From the NCBI GenBank assembly GCA_031414595.1, contig JANNVX010000011.1, positions 1-61,903 of the forward strand: 61,903 nucleotides of DNA, read 5' to 3'. Below the pieces are notes generated by a model. The model saw only the letters and a program-made list of their open reading frames with translations, was not told the origin of the DNA and searched no databases. Positions 51,296-61,903 of this stretch are shown one piece after another. The DNA comes from Deinococcales bacterium. GTDB taxonomy: Bacteria > Deinococcota > Deinococci > Deinococcales > JAAFIG01. Made by a program: the position numbers and the translations under genes. Numbering within the stretch: position 1 is the stretch's first letter; each line of letters begins with the position of its first letter.

Positions 51296-52183
51296 CTACC
51301 GTAAAATAACCTCGAGCATCACACTGACAATCATGGTTAATGCCAGCCAAGTGTTGGCATTGAAAAAGGCTTCATTGACTTTGGTCAAATCCTTGGGATT
51401 GACAATCGCGTGTTCATAGACAAGAATCGCACCCATAACAAGCACACCAATAAAGTAAATCCAGTGGCTACCAGCCACAATCCCCACGGCTAACAGCAAC
51501 GCCCACATCATTGCATGGCTTATTTTGGCAATCTCGAGACCAGAGGCAATACCAAAGCGTTGTGGGATGCTGTTAATGCCATTGGCGCGGTCAAAATCAT
51601 AATCTTGGGTGGCATAAATCACATCTAAGCCAATCATCCAAAAAATCACCACCAGCCAAAGCAACCATGCGGTGGCATCAAAACGCCCGGTGATGGCAAT
51701 GTACCCCCCTGCGGCGGCTGCTCCATCGGTGATGCCAAGCCACAAATGACACAACCATGTATAACGCTTGGTGTACGGATACAGCACCAAAAACACCACG
51801 GCTATTGGCATGAGGGTCAGGCAAAGCGGATTAAGTTGGGCAGCAGCTAAAGCAAGCACCAATAAACTGATGGCTGCCAGTGCATAGCCCTCGAGTGGTT
51901 TGACTGCGCCGCGTGGCACATGACGCATGGCGGTGCGAGGATTGCGGGCATCTATGGCGGCATCAATCACGCGGTTCAGCGCCATGGCACTGGTGCGAGC
52001 GCCAATCATCGCCAGCGTTACCCAAAATAGCGTCACAAAGCCGGGAAACCAAGTACCAAGCTCATTTTTAGAGGCTAAGAATAATCCTGAGTAGGCAAAC
52101 GGCAAAGCAAAGACCGTGTGTTCAAATTTAACGAGTTCGAGGTAGATTTTTATTCGCTCGAATGGCGCAGATACCGCATTCAC
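51296..52183 (-). CDS. mqnP: UbiA-family prenyltransferase of futalosine-type menaquinone synthesis
   Basis: [42 protein letters not shown]. Confidence 0.85.
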   Translation of the reverse strand: MNAVSAPFERIKIYLELVKFEHTVFALPFAYSGLFLASKNELGTWFPGFVTLFWVTLAMIGARTSAMALNRVIDAAIDARNPRTAMRHVPRGAVKPLEGYALAAISLLVLALAAAQLNPLCLTLMPIAVVFLVLYPYTKRYTWLCHLWLGITDGAAAAGGYIAITGRFDATAWLLWLVVIFWMIGLDVIYATQDYDFDRANGINSIPQRFGIASGLEIAKISHAMMWALLLAVGIVAGSHWIYFIGVLVMGAILVYEHAIVNPKDLTKVNEAFFNANTWLALTMIVSVMLEVILR

Positions 52184-52207
52184 AGTGCCTAGATTACACC
52201 CAGTCCA

Positions 52208-53086
52208 CTATTTGAATGTGGGGATAAATTGGAATTTTTGTCCGTTTATTAGCCCAACCCCACTAAAAATAATTGCACACGCCAGAATTTTTACCCAAGT
52301 GATGCTTTCGCCTAAAAAAAGTGTCCCCCAAAGCATACTGAACATCGGTACAATCAGGGTCACGGTACTGGCTTTGACTGCCCCAATCTCGAGGATAAGA
52401 CGAAAATAAATCAGGTAGGCTACGGCAGTACACATCAGGGCTAAACCAAGAATACAAAGCAGCACAGTTAAATTTGGCTGACTGCGCGGTAAGTCAAATG
52501 GCAGTAAAAACGCCAACGCCAGACTCGAGCCAAGCTGAGACCCAACGGCTGCCCCAAGTGGCGGTGCGCCAGTCAAAAACTTATTGGTCAGGTTACTCGA
52601 GAGTCCATAACAAAAAGTGGCGGTTAGCATCGCTAAAATACTCAGGGTGGTTTGAAGACTCGGCTCGAGCGGCGACCAACCGACCAATACCGCCACACCA
52701 ATAATCCCCAGCCCTAAACCAAATCCTTTATGCACGGTGAATTTTCCGCCGAAGGCAACAATGCCCACAATCACACTCCACATTGGGGTGGTGGCGTTGA
52801 GAATGGCTGCCATTGAAGCGGTCAGTTTAAGTTGGGCAAAGGCAATTAAAGCAAAAGGAATCCCACTATTTAAGACCCCTATTAGCCCGTACCAACGCCA
52901 GCGATGCCATTCTAGGTTGGCTCGAGACAGAAATGCAAACAATAATAAGGCAAGCCCAGCAATCAGCACTCGAGATTCGGCTGTCCAGACTGCCCCAAGC
53001 ACAGGGGCAATAATGCGGTAAAAAATAAAACTCGCGCCCCAAATGGCGGACAATACAATTAAACGTAGCCAGTCGCCGCGAGTCAC
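52208..53086 (-). CDS. DMT/EamA transporter
   Basis: IWGASF, about 10 TM segments, repeated EamA halves. Confidence 0.88.
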   Translation of the reverse strand: MTRGDWLRLIVLSAIWGASFIFYRIIAPVLGAVWTAESRVLIAGLALLLFAFLSRANLEWHRWRWYGLIGVLNSGIPFALIAFAQLKLTASMAAILNATTPMWSVIVGIVAFGGKFTVHKGFGLGLGIIGVAVLVGWSPLEPSLQTTLSILAMLTATFCYGLSSNLTNKFLTGAPPLGAAVGSQLGSSLALAFLLPFDLPRSQPNLTVLLCILGLALMCTAVAYLIYFRLILEIGAVKASTVTLIVPMFSMLWGTLFLGESITWVKILACAIIFSGVGLINGQKFQFIPTFK

Positions 53087-53583
53087 GCGAATAAACCTTT
53101 AGCCTCATGCTCAAGCAACCAGCGTTTGCGCTCCATGCCGCCAGCGTAACCCGTCAGTTTGCCATTTGCGCCAATCACTCTATGGCACGGCAAAATCAGA
53201 CTGATTGGATTTAAGCCATTGGTCATCCCGACGGCTCGAGTTGCCGAGGGTTTGCCAATGAATTTTGCGACATCCAAGTAACTCCAAGTGCGCCCTATTG
53301 GAATTTTTAGGAGCGTCTGCCAAACCGATTGTTGAAACGCTGTGCCGCCCGTATCGGTGGGAATGCTGTGAAGAGATTCGAGTTGACCTGCAAAATATTG
53401 TTGTACTGTTGTTGTCCATGGCAGTTTTTGATTCTCGAGAACATATATTCCAAAACGCTTCTCGAGTAATTTCTTAATTCGCTCGGTGTTATCGGCAAAA
53501 TCAAGCAGCACCACTGCTTCTTGATTTGCCACCAGTTGAATTTGACCAATTGGAGACTCGAGAAAATCTGTTTGTAAGTTCAT
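53083..53583 (-). CDS. ogt: O6-methylguanine-DNA methyltransferase
   Basis: GTAFQ, RAVG, PCHRV active site, LLEHE. Confidence 0.93.
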   Translation of the reverse strand: MNLQTDFLESPIGQIQLVANQEAVVLLDFADNTERIKKLLEKRFGIYVLENQKLPWTTTVQQYFAGQLESLHSIPTDTGGTAFQQSVWQTLLKIPIGRTWSYLDVAKFIGKPSATRAVGMTNGLNPISLILPCHRVIGANGKLTGYAGGMERKRWLLEHEAKGLFA

Positions 53584-54122
53584 ATTGCACTCCTACGGCG
53601 GTACTCGAGCGGTGGCACTTGCATCAAGCGCTTAAAATTGGCGTTAAAAGCCGATAAACTATTAAAACCCACTTCTAAAGCAATTTCACCTATCGGCTGC
53701 TCAGATTTCTCGAGACACTGACAGGCGGCTTCGATTCGTTTGCGATTCATAATTTGGGCGGGTGTAACCCCACGATGCACCTTAAATAATCGGTACAATT
53801 TAGCTGGACTGACATGCGCGGCGCTCGCCATTTCACTCACCGACACAAAAGAAAGTGCATTCTCGAGCAGTGCTGTCACAATTTGCGCCTCGCGTTCGAT
53901 GGGTGCAAGTGCATTGGGGCGACACAACTTACACGCCCGAAAACCTGCCGTTTCCGCCTCGAGATTGGTGCTGTAAAAACGCCGTTGCTCGAGTTTGGGA
54001 ATACGCGGTGGTTTACAACTCGGACGACAATAAATTCGGGTGCTTTTAACACCTACCACAAACAACCCATCTAGGCTCGAGTCGCCACTAAATGCCTTGG
54101 CTAACCAAATCGTTTCGTTCAT
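53580..54122 (-). CDS. Ada Zn-binding domain plus AraC HTH (AdaA-like)
   Basis: YCRPSC and FRACKLCRP Zn ligands; AraC C-terminal GFNSLSAF. Confidence 0.88.
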   Translation of the reverse strand: MNETIWLAKAFSGDSSLDGLFVVGVKSTRIYCRPSCKPPRIPKLEQRRFYSTNLEAETAGFRACKLCRPNALAPIEREAQIVTALLENALSFVSVSEMASAAHVSPAKLYRLFKVHRGVTPAQIMNRKRIEAACQCLEKSEQPIGEIALEVGFNSLSAFNANFKRLMQVPPLEYRRRSAI

Positions 54123-54229
54123 GCCGTGTATTCTGAGGCTTTTAGTGGGATAACGCTACCTGAATCCTATTTGTAAATTCGGGTATTCTTAGCTACACAA
54201 TCCGCATGAAGTCTGCTACACTTTGCGCC

Positions 54230-54559
54230 ATGAAACTGATTGTTGTGATAGTTCAAGACACCGATGCCAATGCTTTAATCAAAGCACTGGGCAAGGAACG
54301 GCTCGAGGTCACAAAATTAGCCAGCACAGGTGGTTTTTTACGTGAAGGCAACACCACACTTTTAATTGGTGTCGAAGAAGAACGCATGGAAACCGTCAAA
54401 ACCATCCTCAAAGAAACGTGTCGCTCGAGAAAACGCCTTGTCATGCCGACCGCACCTGTGGCAGAGCAACCCGAACCGATGCTTTCCGAACCTGTTGAAG
54501 TGCCAGTCGGCGGAGCAATTGCTTTTGTGGTCAATATCGAAGAGACATTTAAGGTCTAA
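54230..54559 (+). CDS. darA: PII-like cyclic-di-AMP receptor (PstA/DarA)
   Basis: MKLIV.IVQD.D, TKLASTGGFLREGNTT, VGGA. Confidence 0.9.
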   Translation: MKLIVVIVQDTDANALIKALGKERLEVTKLASTGGFLREGNTTLLIGVEEERMETVKTILKETCRSRKRLVMPTAPVAEQPEPMLSEPVEVPVGGAIAFVVNIEETFKV

Positions 54560-54700
54560 GAATTGCAGGGCGATGACTTCTTGACCATGATTCTATGCGT
54601 GCTGAAAAGATTTTGTCCTTAAACTGAGGCGTTGGGGTGTGCTGCTTTTTTGTATTCCATAACCTACACAAGCCCGTTCATTCGCAGTAGGCTAATGGTA

Positions 54701-55609
54701 ATGACCAAGCAACCAAAAAAACATTTTAGTCTGGCGCAGCGCCAAGCAGTTTGGGCATATACTTTTTTGCTTGTGCCACTGGCATTTTTCTTGCTGGTAC
54801 GGCTTTATCCAGCTTTTGATAGTTTGCGCTTATCGTTACTGGATTTTAATTCGCCCTTAAAACCCGCGCCTTATATTGGTCTCGAGAACTTTAAGGAATT
54901 ACTTTCCGATCAGGTTTTTTTGCGTTCTTTGTGGAATACGCTTCTTTATACGTTGCTTGGTGTTCCTGCTCAGCTTGTGCTTGGACTTGGCATTGCGATG
55001 CTGCTTTCCAACATCAATAAAGCCAAAGGTTTTTTGCGGGCGGTGTACTTTGCGCCCTATATTACGCCAATTGTGGCAAGTGCTTGGGTTTGGCAATGGT
55101 TACTGAATAAAAACTTCGGTCCGATTAACGCGATTTTAACCAGTGTCGGCATTCCAGCCCAACCGTTTTTACAATCGCCAGACCAAGCCCTGCCCGCCGC
55201 CGTGGCGTTGGTGGTCTGGCAACAACTGGGTTTTCAAGTTGTGATTTTTATTGCCGGTCTCGAGGGTGTACCAAGAATGTATTACGAAGCCGCCGAGTTA
55301 GATGGTGCAAGTCCGTGGCAACGCTTTCGTTTTATGACTTTACCGCTTCTGAACGCCACAATTGTGTTTAGTGTAGTGATCGCCACCAGTGGTTTTTTAC
55401 AGTTGTTCACGCAAGTGGCAAACCTCAATCCGCAAGATAGAGGAGGTCCTTTGGACAGCACTTTAACGGTGGCGCTTTATATTTACCGTGCTGGTTTTGA
55501 AAGCTCAAGATACGGGTACGCGGCAGCCGTGACGGTGGTGTTATTTGTGATTATTTTACTGTTTACGATTTTGCAATTAACAGTTTTAAGAAAGCGAGTG
55601 GATTACTAA
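54701..55609 (+). CDS. CUT1 sugar ABC permease
   Basis: YEAAELDGASPWQRF, GGPLDST; start uncertain (54695 or 54701). Confidence 0.88.
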   Translation: MTKQPKKHFSLAQRQAVWAYTFLLVPLAFFLLVRLYPAFDSLRLSLLDFNSPLKPAPYIGLENFKELLSDQVFLRSLWNTLLYTLLGVPAQLVLGLGIAMLLSNINKAKGFLRAVYFAPYITPIVASAWVWQWLLNKNFGPINAILTSVGIPAQPFLQSPDQALPAAVALVVWQQLGFQVVIFIAGLEGVPRMYYEAAELDGASPWQRFRFMTLPLLNATIVFSVVIATSGFLQLFTQVANLNPQDRGGPLDSTLTVALYIYRAGFESSRYGYAAAVTVVLFVIILLFTILQLTVLRKRVDY

Positions 55610-56466
55610 TGGTGAGAACCCAAACAGCGCCTAAACAAATTATTCAAAAACGTCGTTCTCGAGATGCCGCTTGGTGGGTTTACGCGGTGCTAATTGTTGG
55701 TGGTATGGTCACGGCTTTTCCGTTTTTATGGATGTTCTTGACCAGCTTAAAAACCTATGCCGATGTTTTCCAACCTGCAATTTTTCCAAGCAACCCAACC
55801 TTAGATAATTATGGTGATGTACTAAAGAACACGGGTTTTATCCGTTGGTTTGTCAATTCGGTGGGTGTGGCTGTTGTCAGCACCATCTCGGTTTTAATTT
55901 TTGATTCGATGGTTGCCTACACTTTGGCTAAACTGCGCTTTCCGGGCAAAGAAATTATTTTTATTCTGATTTTATCCACCATCATGATTCCCACCGAAAT
56001 GCTGATTATTCCGTGGTACTTAGGTTCATTAAAACTGGGTATTGCCAACACCTACTTTGCCATAGCTTTGCCGGGCATGATTAGTGCTTTTGGGATTTTT
56101 TTACTGCGTGGTTTTTTTGAAGGCATCCCCGATGAACTCTTTGATGCTGGGCGTTTAGATGGACTCTCCGAATTTGGACTCTACACCCGTATTGGGCTGC
56201 CTTTGGTCACACCCGCCTTATCTGCCCTTGCGATTTTTAATTTTCTGGGCAATTACAACGCTTTTTTATGGCCCTTGATTATCGTGCAGAGCCAAGAGAT
56301 GCGAACCCTACCGATTGGCATTGCCCTTTTTAGTGGTGAAGCCGGTACGCAATGGCATTTAATCATGACTGCCTCGAGTTTAGCAGTCATACCAGTTTTA
56401 ATTGTCTTTGCAATTTTCCAAAAACAAATTATTGAAGGGGTGGTTTTAACTGGCACAAAAGGGTAA
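55609..56466 (+). CDS. CUT1 sugar ABC permease
   Basis: IPDELFDAGRLDG, FLWPLI, TLPIGI. Confidence 0.9.
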   Translation: MVRTQTAPKQIIQKRRSRDAAWWVYAVLIVGGMVTAFPFLWMFLTSLKTYADVFQPAIFPSNPTLDNYGDVLKNTGFIRWFVNSVGVAVVSTISVLIFDSMVAYTLAKLRFPGKEIIFILILSTIMIPTEMLIIPWYLGSLKLGIANTYFAIALPGMISAFGIFLLRGFFEGIPDELFDAGRLDGLSEFGLYTRIGLPLVTPALSALAIFNFLGNYNAFLWPLIIVQSQEMRTLPIGIALFSGEAGTQWHLIMTASSLAVIPVLIVFAIFQKQIIEGVVLTGTKG

Positions 56467-57924
56467 TCACTTTAAGTACCAACCCCACGGTTGACTCGAG
56501 TTATAGGTGGTGATTTGTTTGGTTTCAAAGTAATTTTCTAATCCCCAATGCCCAAGTTCGCGTCCGATTCCACTTTGTTTTAAGCCGCCCCAAGGCGCTT
56601 GGCAAAAAGTTGGTTGTGAGCAGTTAATCCAAACAATGCCAGCCTCGAGTTCTCGAGCCACACGCCCACAACGTTCTAAGTCTTTAGAAAGTACGGCTGC
56701 CCCAAGTCCAAAACTACTGGCGTTGGCAAGTTCAAGGGCTTCTAATTCGGTACTAAAAGTTTGGGCAACCAAGACAGGACCAAAAATTTCTTCTGTCCAT
56801 AAGCGGCTGGTGCTTGGCACATCCGTAAAAACAGTTGGCTCGAGGAAAAATCCTTTCTCGAGATGTGCGGGGCGTTTGCCTCCCGTTAAAAGATTCAGTC
56901 CTTCAGTGCGAGCAATTTCAAAGTACGAAAACACTTTTTGATACTGTCCTTTTGAAACCAGTGGTCCGAGCAGTATGCCATCCTCCAGTGGGTCGCCAAT
57001 GGTTATTTTTTCGCACTCGAGTTTAAGCCGAGCAAAAAGTGCTGGGGCAATACCCGATTGGACAATTAAGCGACTGGTGGCACTGCACACTTCGCCTTTG
57101 TTCCAAAAAATGCCAAACATAATCCATTCGATGGCTTGTTCCAAGTCGGCATCGTCAAAAACCAGTATTGGCGATTTGCCACCAAGCTCGAGGGTGATGT
57201 TTTTAATGCCAGTGGTCGCCGCCTGCATGACGCTGCGCCCAGTGGCAACACTGCCCGTGAATGCCAGTTTGTCTATGCCCTGATGATTGGCAAGCGCAGC
57301 GCCAGCTTCGAGCCCACCCGAAACAATGTTCAGCACCCCATCTGGTAGCCCAGCCTCGAGTGCAATTTGACCAAACTCGAGGGCGGTTAAAGGGGTGAGT
57401 TCTGATGGCTTAAGGACACTGCAACAACCAGCCGATAATGCAGGAGCAACTTTCCACGCCAGCATCAAAAGCGGATAATTCCAAGGAATAATCTGCCCGA
57501 CCACCCCGACAGGCTCGACCCGTGCCAGACTGCTAAAATCGGGGTGCGGTAAAACAATTTCGGTCTCGAGTTTAAGTTCTTCGGCTAACTCAGCGTAATA
57601 ATCAAAACAAGCCGCGACATCATCCATATCCCACAAGGCTTCGGGCAGTGGTTTACCATTTTGCAGCGTCTCGAGTCTTGCTAATTTCTCTTTGTTGTTG
57701 CGTACACCTTCGGCAATGGCACGTAAGTACACAGCCCGTTCTGCACCAGTGGTGTGTTTCCAAGTCTTAAAAGCGTCTCGAGCCGCCTTGACTGCCGTGT
57801 CTATATCGGCAGCACTGGCAGCAGGCGCAAGGTGCAGAACAGCTTCAGTGGTTGGGTTAATAACCTCGAGTGTTCCGCCGGTTGGCTCAGTCCACGCACC
57901 ACCAACAAAGAGTTTTGTTTGCAT
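56467..57924 (-). CDS. Betaine-aldehyde/aminoaldehyde dehydrogenase family
   Basis: PWNYPL, FTGS, LELGGKSP, GEVCSATSR, EEIFGP, QAPWGG, C-terminal WGWY. Confidence 0.85.
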   Translation of the reverse strand: MQTKLFVGGAWTEPTGGTLEVINPTTEAVLHLAPAASAADIDTAVKAARDAFKTWKHTTGAERAVYLRAIAEGVRNNKEKLARLETLQNGKPLPEALWDMDDVAACFDYYAELAEELKLETEIVLPHPDFSSLARVEPVGVVGQIIPWNYPLLMLAWKVAPALSAGCCSVLKPSELTPLTALEFGQIALEAGLPDGVLNIVSGGLEAGAALANHQGIDKLAFTGSVATGRSVMQAATTGIKNITLELGGKSPILVFDDADLEQAIEWIMFGIFWNKGEVCSATSRLIVQSGIAPALFARLKLECEKITIGDPLEDGILLGPLVSKGQYQKVFSYFEIARTEGLNLLTGGKRPAHLEKGFFLEPTVFTDVPSTSRLWTEEIFGPVLVAQTFSTELEALELANASSFGLGAAVLSKDLERCGRVARELEAGIVWINCSQPTFCQAPWGGLKQSGIGRELGHWGLENYFETKQITTYNSSQPWGWYLK

Positions 57925-57984
57925 GGCTTAAAGTATACGATTTTTAGGTAGAATTGGACTACATCTTTTAGGTAAAATCAGCTC

Positions 57985-59139
57985 ATGCGTTCAGAATTTA
58001 GAACATTGTTACTCGAAGCAGCCAGCAAGTTTGGTACACCACTGTATGCCTACGATTGGCAAATCATTCAAACCCAACTCGAGCGGCTACAAACGGCATT
58101 CGTAAACGCCAAAATTTTTTATGCGATGAAAGCCAATCCTAACCTTGGCATTATTAAACGTCTGAATACACTGGGTGTGGGTTTTGAAGCAGTTTCGGGC
58201 GGGGAACTCGAGCGGGCTGTACTGGCAGGGGCAACTGGAAGCCAAATCGTGATGAACGGACCCGGTAAGCTAAACGCCGATTATACCAGAGCAAAAGAAG
58301 TTGGGGCGTACATCATTCTCGATAATAGCGATGAAGCCGCTCGAGCCGCCAAGTATGCCCCAAACGCCAAGGTTTTAATCCGGGTCAATCCGGGCTTAAA
58401 AGTCTCTACCCACGACCATCTGGCAACCGGCAATGCCAGTTCTAAATTTGGGGTGAGTTTAGCCGATGTACCAACCGCCGTACAAAACGCCGAAAAAGCT
58501 GGTTTACAAGTGATTGGGCTACAAATGCACATTGGCAGCAGCATCGAAGACCCAAATGATTATGCAGAGGCTTTGGAGCGCATGGCTGGGCTTGCCAAGC
58601 AAATCGGATCGAGGCGAGTCTTTGATATGGGCGGCGGTTTTGGCTTGCAATTTGACCTTGAACCGTTAGCAAAACTTGGGCATGAAGCAGCAGATGCTTT
58701 TGGCGCGACTGAACTTTGGGTTGAACCAGGACGTTGGTTGGTAGCAGAAAGCGGGGTCTTACTAACAGAAATTCTCGAGAAGAAAAAAACCGCTCGGGAG
58801 TTTGCTGTGGTGGATTCTGGCATGTCTGAGTTGCTGCGCCCAATGCTGTACGGCGCAGTCCATGAAATGGAAAATCTCAGCCGTTCTAATAACTTGGTGA
58901 CACTTGATATTGCTGGGGCAGCTTGTGAATCTGGCGATATTCTCGGGCGCGATGTGCGTTTATCTGCCCCCGAAATCGGTGATGTTATTGCGATTAAAGT
59001 TGCTGGCGCTTACGGCTCGAGCATGGCAAGTAATTACCTGACCAGACCGCGCCCTGCCGAAGTGCTACTCGAGAATAATACTTGGGTGGTATTGCGCCGC
59101 CGAGAGACAGTCCAAGAGATGCTGCAAGCCGAATTATAG
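57985..59139 (+). CDS. lysA: Diaminopimelate decarboxylase
   Basis: YAMKAN, ATG...[38 protein letters not shown]. Confidence 0.88.
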   Translation: MRSEFRTLLLEAASKFGTPLYAYDWQIIQTQLERLQTAFVNAKIFYAMKANPNLGIIKRLNTLGVGFEAVSGGELERAVLAGATGSQIVMNGPGKLNADYTRAKEVGAYIILDNSDEAARAAKYAPNAKVLIRVNPGLKVSTHDHLATGNASSKFGVSLADVPTAVQNAEKAGLQVIGLQMHIGSSIEDPNDYAEALERMAGLAKQIGSRRVFDMGGGFGLQFDLEPLAKLGHEAADAFGATELWVEPGRWLVAESGVLLTEILEKKKTAREFAVVDSGMSELLRPMLYGAVHEMENLSRSNNLVTLDIAGAACESGDILGRDVRLSAPEIGDVIAIKVAGAYGSSMASNYLTRPRPAEVLLENNTWVVLRRRETVQEMLQAEL

Positions 59140-59589
59140 AAAGCCCTTAGCGGCGGCTCGAGCCAAGTAATCACAGCGCTCATTGAGGTCGTTGCCCGCA
59201 TGACCTTTAACCCATGCCCAACTTACTTCGTGTTGGGTCTCGAGAACAAGCAGCTTTTCCCAGAGTTCTTTATTTTTGACAGGTTGTTTATCCTTGGTTT
59301 TCCAGCCGTTGCGTTGCCAATTTTTTAACCATCCCTCTTCAAAGGCTTTGCGTAAATACTGTGAATCGGTGTAGAGCGTCACAATACAGGGTTTGGTCAG
59401 GGCTTCTAGCGCTCCGATGGCAGCACTTAGTTCCATACGGTTGTTGGTGCTGTTTTTCTCGCCACCACTGAGTTCTAAGGTCGTCATCTGACCGTCTTTA
59501 TGGGTGTACTCGAGAATGGCTGCCCAGCCGCCCGCGCCGGGGTTTCCGAGGCAGCTTCCGTCGGTGTGAATGCTGACGTTTCGTTTCAT
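59134..59589 (-). CDS. rnhA: Ribonuclease HI
   Basis: [34 protein letters not shown]; start at MKRNV. Confidence 0.95.
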   Translation of the reverse strand: MKRNVSIHTDGSCLGNPGAGGWAAILEYTHKDGQMTTLELSGGEKNSTNNRMELSAAIGALEALTKPCIVTLYTDSQYLRKAFEEGWLKNWQRNGWKTKDKQPVKNKELWEKLLVLETQHEVSWAWVKGHAGNDLNERCDYLARAAAKGFL

Positions 59590-59806
59590 GCGCCTTGGAG
59601 AATAACATGGCTCAGATTGTAATGGCGAAGCGCAACATGGCTCAGATTGCACGAGCCTTGTATTTTAGGGTAGACTTGTACCGTCCAAACGGACAATTAA
59701 ATAGGCGTTGGCGTAAAGATAAGCAATCTTGGCACACCCAAATCTCGAGTACCGGTTTACCAACCACATTCATCTCGAGAGAGCGCGGGTTAAAGAGGAT
59801 ACGAAT

Positions 59807-60898
59807 ATGGCAAATGTAGCTTTAGAACATGTGTACAAGCGTTACGGTAAGGTCACAGCCGTTACCGATTTTAATTTGAACATTGTAGATGGCGAATTCA
59901 TTGTTTTCGTCGGACCGTCGGGTTGTGGTAAATCCACGACGTTGCGGATGATTGCTGGTCTCGAAGAAATATCTGATGGCTTACTAAAAATTGATGAGCG
60001 CGTGGTCAATGACGTGCCACCAAAAGACCGTGACATTGCCATGGTTTTCCAAAACTATGCACTTTACCCACACATGAATGTTTATGAGAACATGGCGTTC
60101 GGTTTGCGTCTGCGTAAATTCCCTAAAGACCAAATCGAGTCTCGAGTACGTGATGCGGCTAAAATTCTGCAAATCGAGCATTTGCTGCTGCGTAAGCCAA
60201 AAGAACTTTCGGGTGGTCAACGTCAACGTGTTGCCTTGGGTCGGGCAATTGTGCGTGAACCAAAAGTCTTTTTGATGGACGAACCACTTTCTAACTTAGA
60301 TGCAAAACTGCGCGTCGAAATGCGCTCCCAAATCTCTAAATTGCACTTGCGCTTAAAAGCCACCACCATTTATGTGACTCACGATCAAATCGAAGCCATG
60401 ACCATGGGAACTCGAATTGTGGTCATGAAAGACGGCTTTATTCAACAAGTAGACACCCCATTGGCGCTTTACGATTACCCGAAGAACAAGTTTGTGGCTG
60501 GTTTTATCGGCAGCCCAAGCATGAACTTTATGACCGCCACGGTTCGTGGCGATACGGTTTCTGGCGAGGGTTTTTCGGTGGCTGCCACTGGCACACTTGC
60601 CGAAAGCCTCAAAGCCTACAACGGCAAACAAGTCTGGTTTGGAATTCGCCCAGAACACCTTGGTCTCGAGGGTTCAACCAACATTGTGGCTGGGGCAAAT
60701 AAACTGGTTGGTAAAGTCGAAGTGGTCGAACCACTCGGCGCAGAAACCGATTTATTGGTGGATGTTAACGGTCAGAGTGTGGTTGTTAAAGTAGACGGAC
60801 ACGCTAAAGTTAAGGTCGGCGATACGGTCACACTGTACGCTGAGCAAAGCCGTATGCACGCTTTTGACTTACAAACCGAAGCTGCTATCGGCAGATAA
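59807..60898 (+). CDS. MalK/MsmX-type sugar ABC ATPase
   Basis: GPSGCGKS, FQNYALYPH, LSGGQRQR, DEPLSNLD, TOBE C-domain; GAGGA RBS. Confidence 0.93.
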   Translation: MANVALEHVYKRYGKVTAVTDFNLNIVDGEFIVFVGPSGCGKSTTLRMIAGLEEISDGLLKIDERVVNDVPPKDRDIAMVFQNYALYPHMNVYENMAFGLRLRKFPKDQIESRVRDAAKILQIEHLLLRKPKELSGGQRQRVALGRAIVREPKVFLMDEPLSNLDAKLRVEMRSQISKLHLRLKATTIYVTHDQIEAMTMGTRIVVMKDGFIQQVDTPLALYDYPKNKFVAGFIGSPSMNFMTATVRGDTVSGEGFSVAATGTLAESLKAYNGKQVWFGIRPEHLGLEGSTNIVAGANKLVGKVEVVEPLGAETDLLVDVNGQSVVVKVDGHAKVKVGDTVTLYAEQSRMHAFDLQTEAAIGR

Positions 60899-61014
60899 AA
60901 ACAGCAGAAAGGCGAAGGGCAAAAGGCGAAGGTTGCTTTTGCCCTTCTTGTTTGTAAATTTTCCAAGCGATTGACCACTTGTAGAAATCGAGACAACACA
61001 GTATTCTGTATACT

Positions 61015-61785
61015 ATGAGTAACACAGGTATTGATACTAGAATTCATCAGCAGCTTTTAGAAATCAATCAAATCCATCATGGTAGATCTGAAGTTTTGAT
61101 GGAGTTTTTAGAGTCAGAATCCATATCGCTCAGTTTTTGGTCTCCACCCTATTTTGTGGGTAAAGAGTACGAAAAAGATGAAACATTTGAATCTTGGCAA
61201 CAGATGCTTCGTCAAATTATTCATCATCACGCACGGGTGTTAAAACCAGGGGGTTTTCTAGTTGTCAATATTGCAGATATTCGCTGTTTCAAAGATGAAA
61301 CCATTCCACGTTTTCAGGCTGCAAATGTATCAATGCAAAAATCAAAAGTGACCCGAGAAATGGTACTGAAAGCAAAAGCGCAATTCCCTGAATTTACCAA
61401 AAATGCCTTAGCTGATTTCCTTGGTTGTAGCGAACAAACCATAGATAGACGACTTAATGGAAACAATATTAGGGGTGGTAAATATGAGACCCAAACTAGG
61501 GTTTTTCATGTCGGTGGATTATTACAAACATATGGCTATGAGTGCGGTGTTTATCTATATGATCATAGAATCTGGGTTAAAGACCCTGCTTGGGTTAATT
61601 CAAAATGGACTTCTAATTCGCTTAAGTCTGTTGACGAGTATGAAGATATTTATGTGTTTTGGAAACCGGGGCAACAAATTATTAACAGAGATAAACTCGA
61701 GCCACATGAGTGGACAGATTGGGGTTCAAGGGCAGTTTGGTTTGTGAATAGTGTGCGTTCAAATAATAGACGTTATCGGAAATAA
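61015..61785 (+). pseudogene. N4/N6 (beta-class) DNA methyltransferase with internal HTH, truncated by IS insertion
   Basis: SPPY motif IV, RVLKPGG, HTH KNALADFLGCSEQTIDRRL; no FxGxG motif I; runs into an IS end at 61769. Confidence 0.8.
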
Positions 61786-61903
61786 GAAACTAGCTCGATT
61801 TCCGCAAAGCCCGTTTGCGAAAAGCACAGCGAAGGTTATGCAAACCACAAGCAATCTCCATAAACCAATCAGAGCAATACCACTTCGTATTCCGCAACAC
61901 GTC
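61769..61903 (-). mobile_element. Right end of an IS5-family (ISL2-like) element; transposase C-terminus at 61790->61903
   Basis: Minus strand reads DVLRNTKWYCSDWFMEIACGLHNLRCAFRKRALRKSS*, then CTTATTTCCGATAACGTC next to a TA. Confidence 0.75.

Noticed and set aside
61015-61785. This MTase as the CTCGAG-cognate enzyme
   Set aside because: It is truncated, AT-rich and nearly free of the motif, so it looks recently acquired; specificity cannot be read from sequence
61769-61903. Self-contained 135-bp MITE
   Set aside because: The apparent second TIR lies within an open transposase frame that continues beyond the window

Overview
A gene-dense chromosomal window of moderate GC content. It most likely comes from a Deinococcota (Deinococcus-Thermus) bacterium; this is inferred from TANNNT boxes 5-7 nt before many start codons, an MqnP-type prenyltransferase, DarA and a Thermus-like CRISPR repeat architecture. 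In order, it contains: the tail of a polysaccharide locus with wbaP; glcD; carD; PBP1A; preT-preA split by a repeat-flanked DUF559 nuclease gene; an orphan 28-repeat type III-like CRISPR array; a ~14 kb LacI-controlled catabolic cluster of unknown substrate (cupin, HpcH aldolase, three double-SnoaL proteins, SDR, HisD/HpsN-like dehydrogenase, CUT1 ABC transporter, PLP lyase, atypical M20 hydrolase); pstSCAB-phoU; a heterodimeric ABC exporter; two TA modules; a rhamnose-type ABC transporter with a GH2 beta-galactosidase; ada/ogt; darA; lysA; rnhA; malK; and an IS-truncated DNA methyltransferase. The palindrome CTCGAG is strongly over-represented almost everywhere, including in the CRISPR repeat and spacers. 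Product calls come from motif recognition by eye, with no database search.
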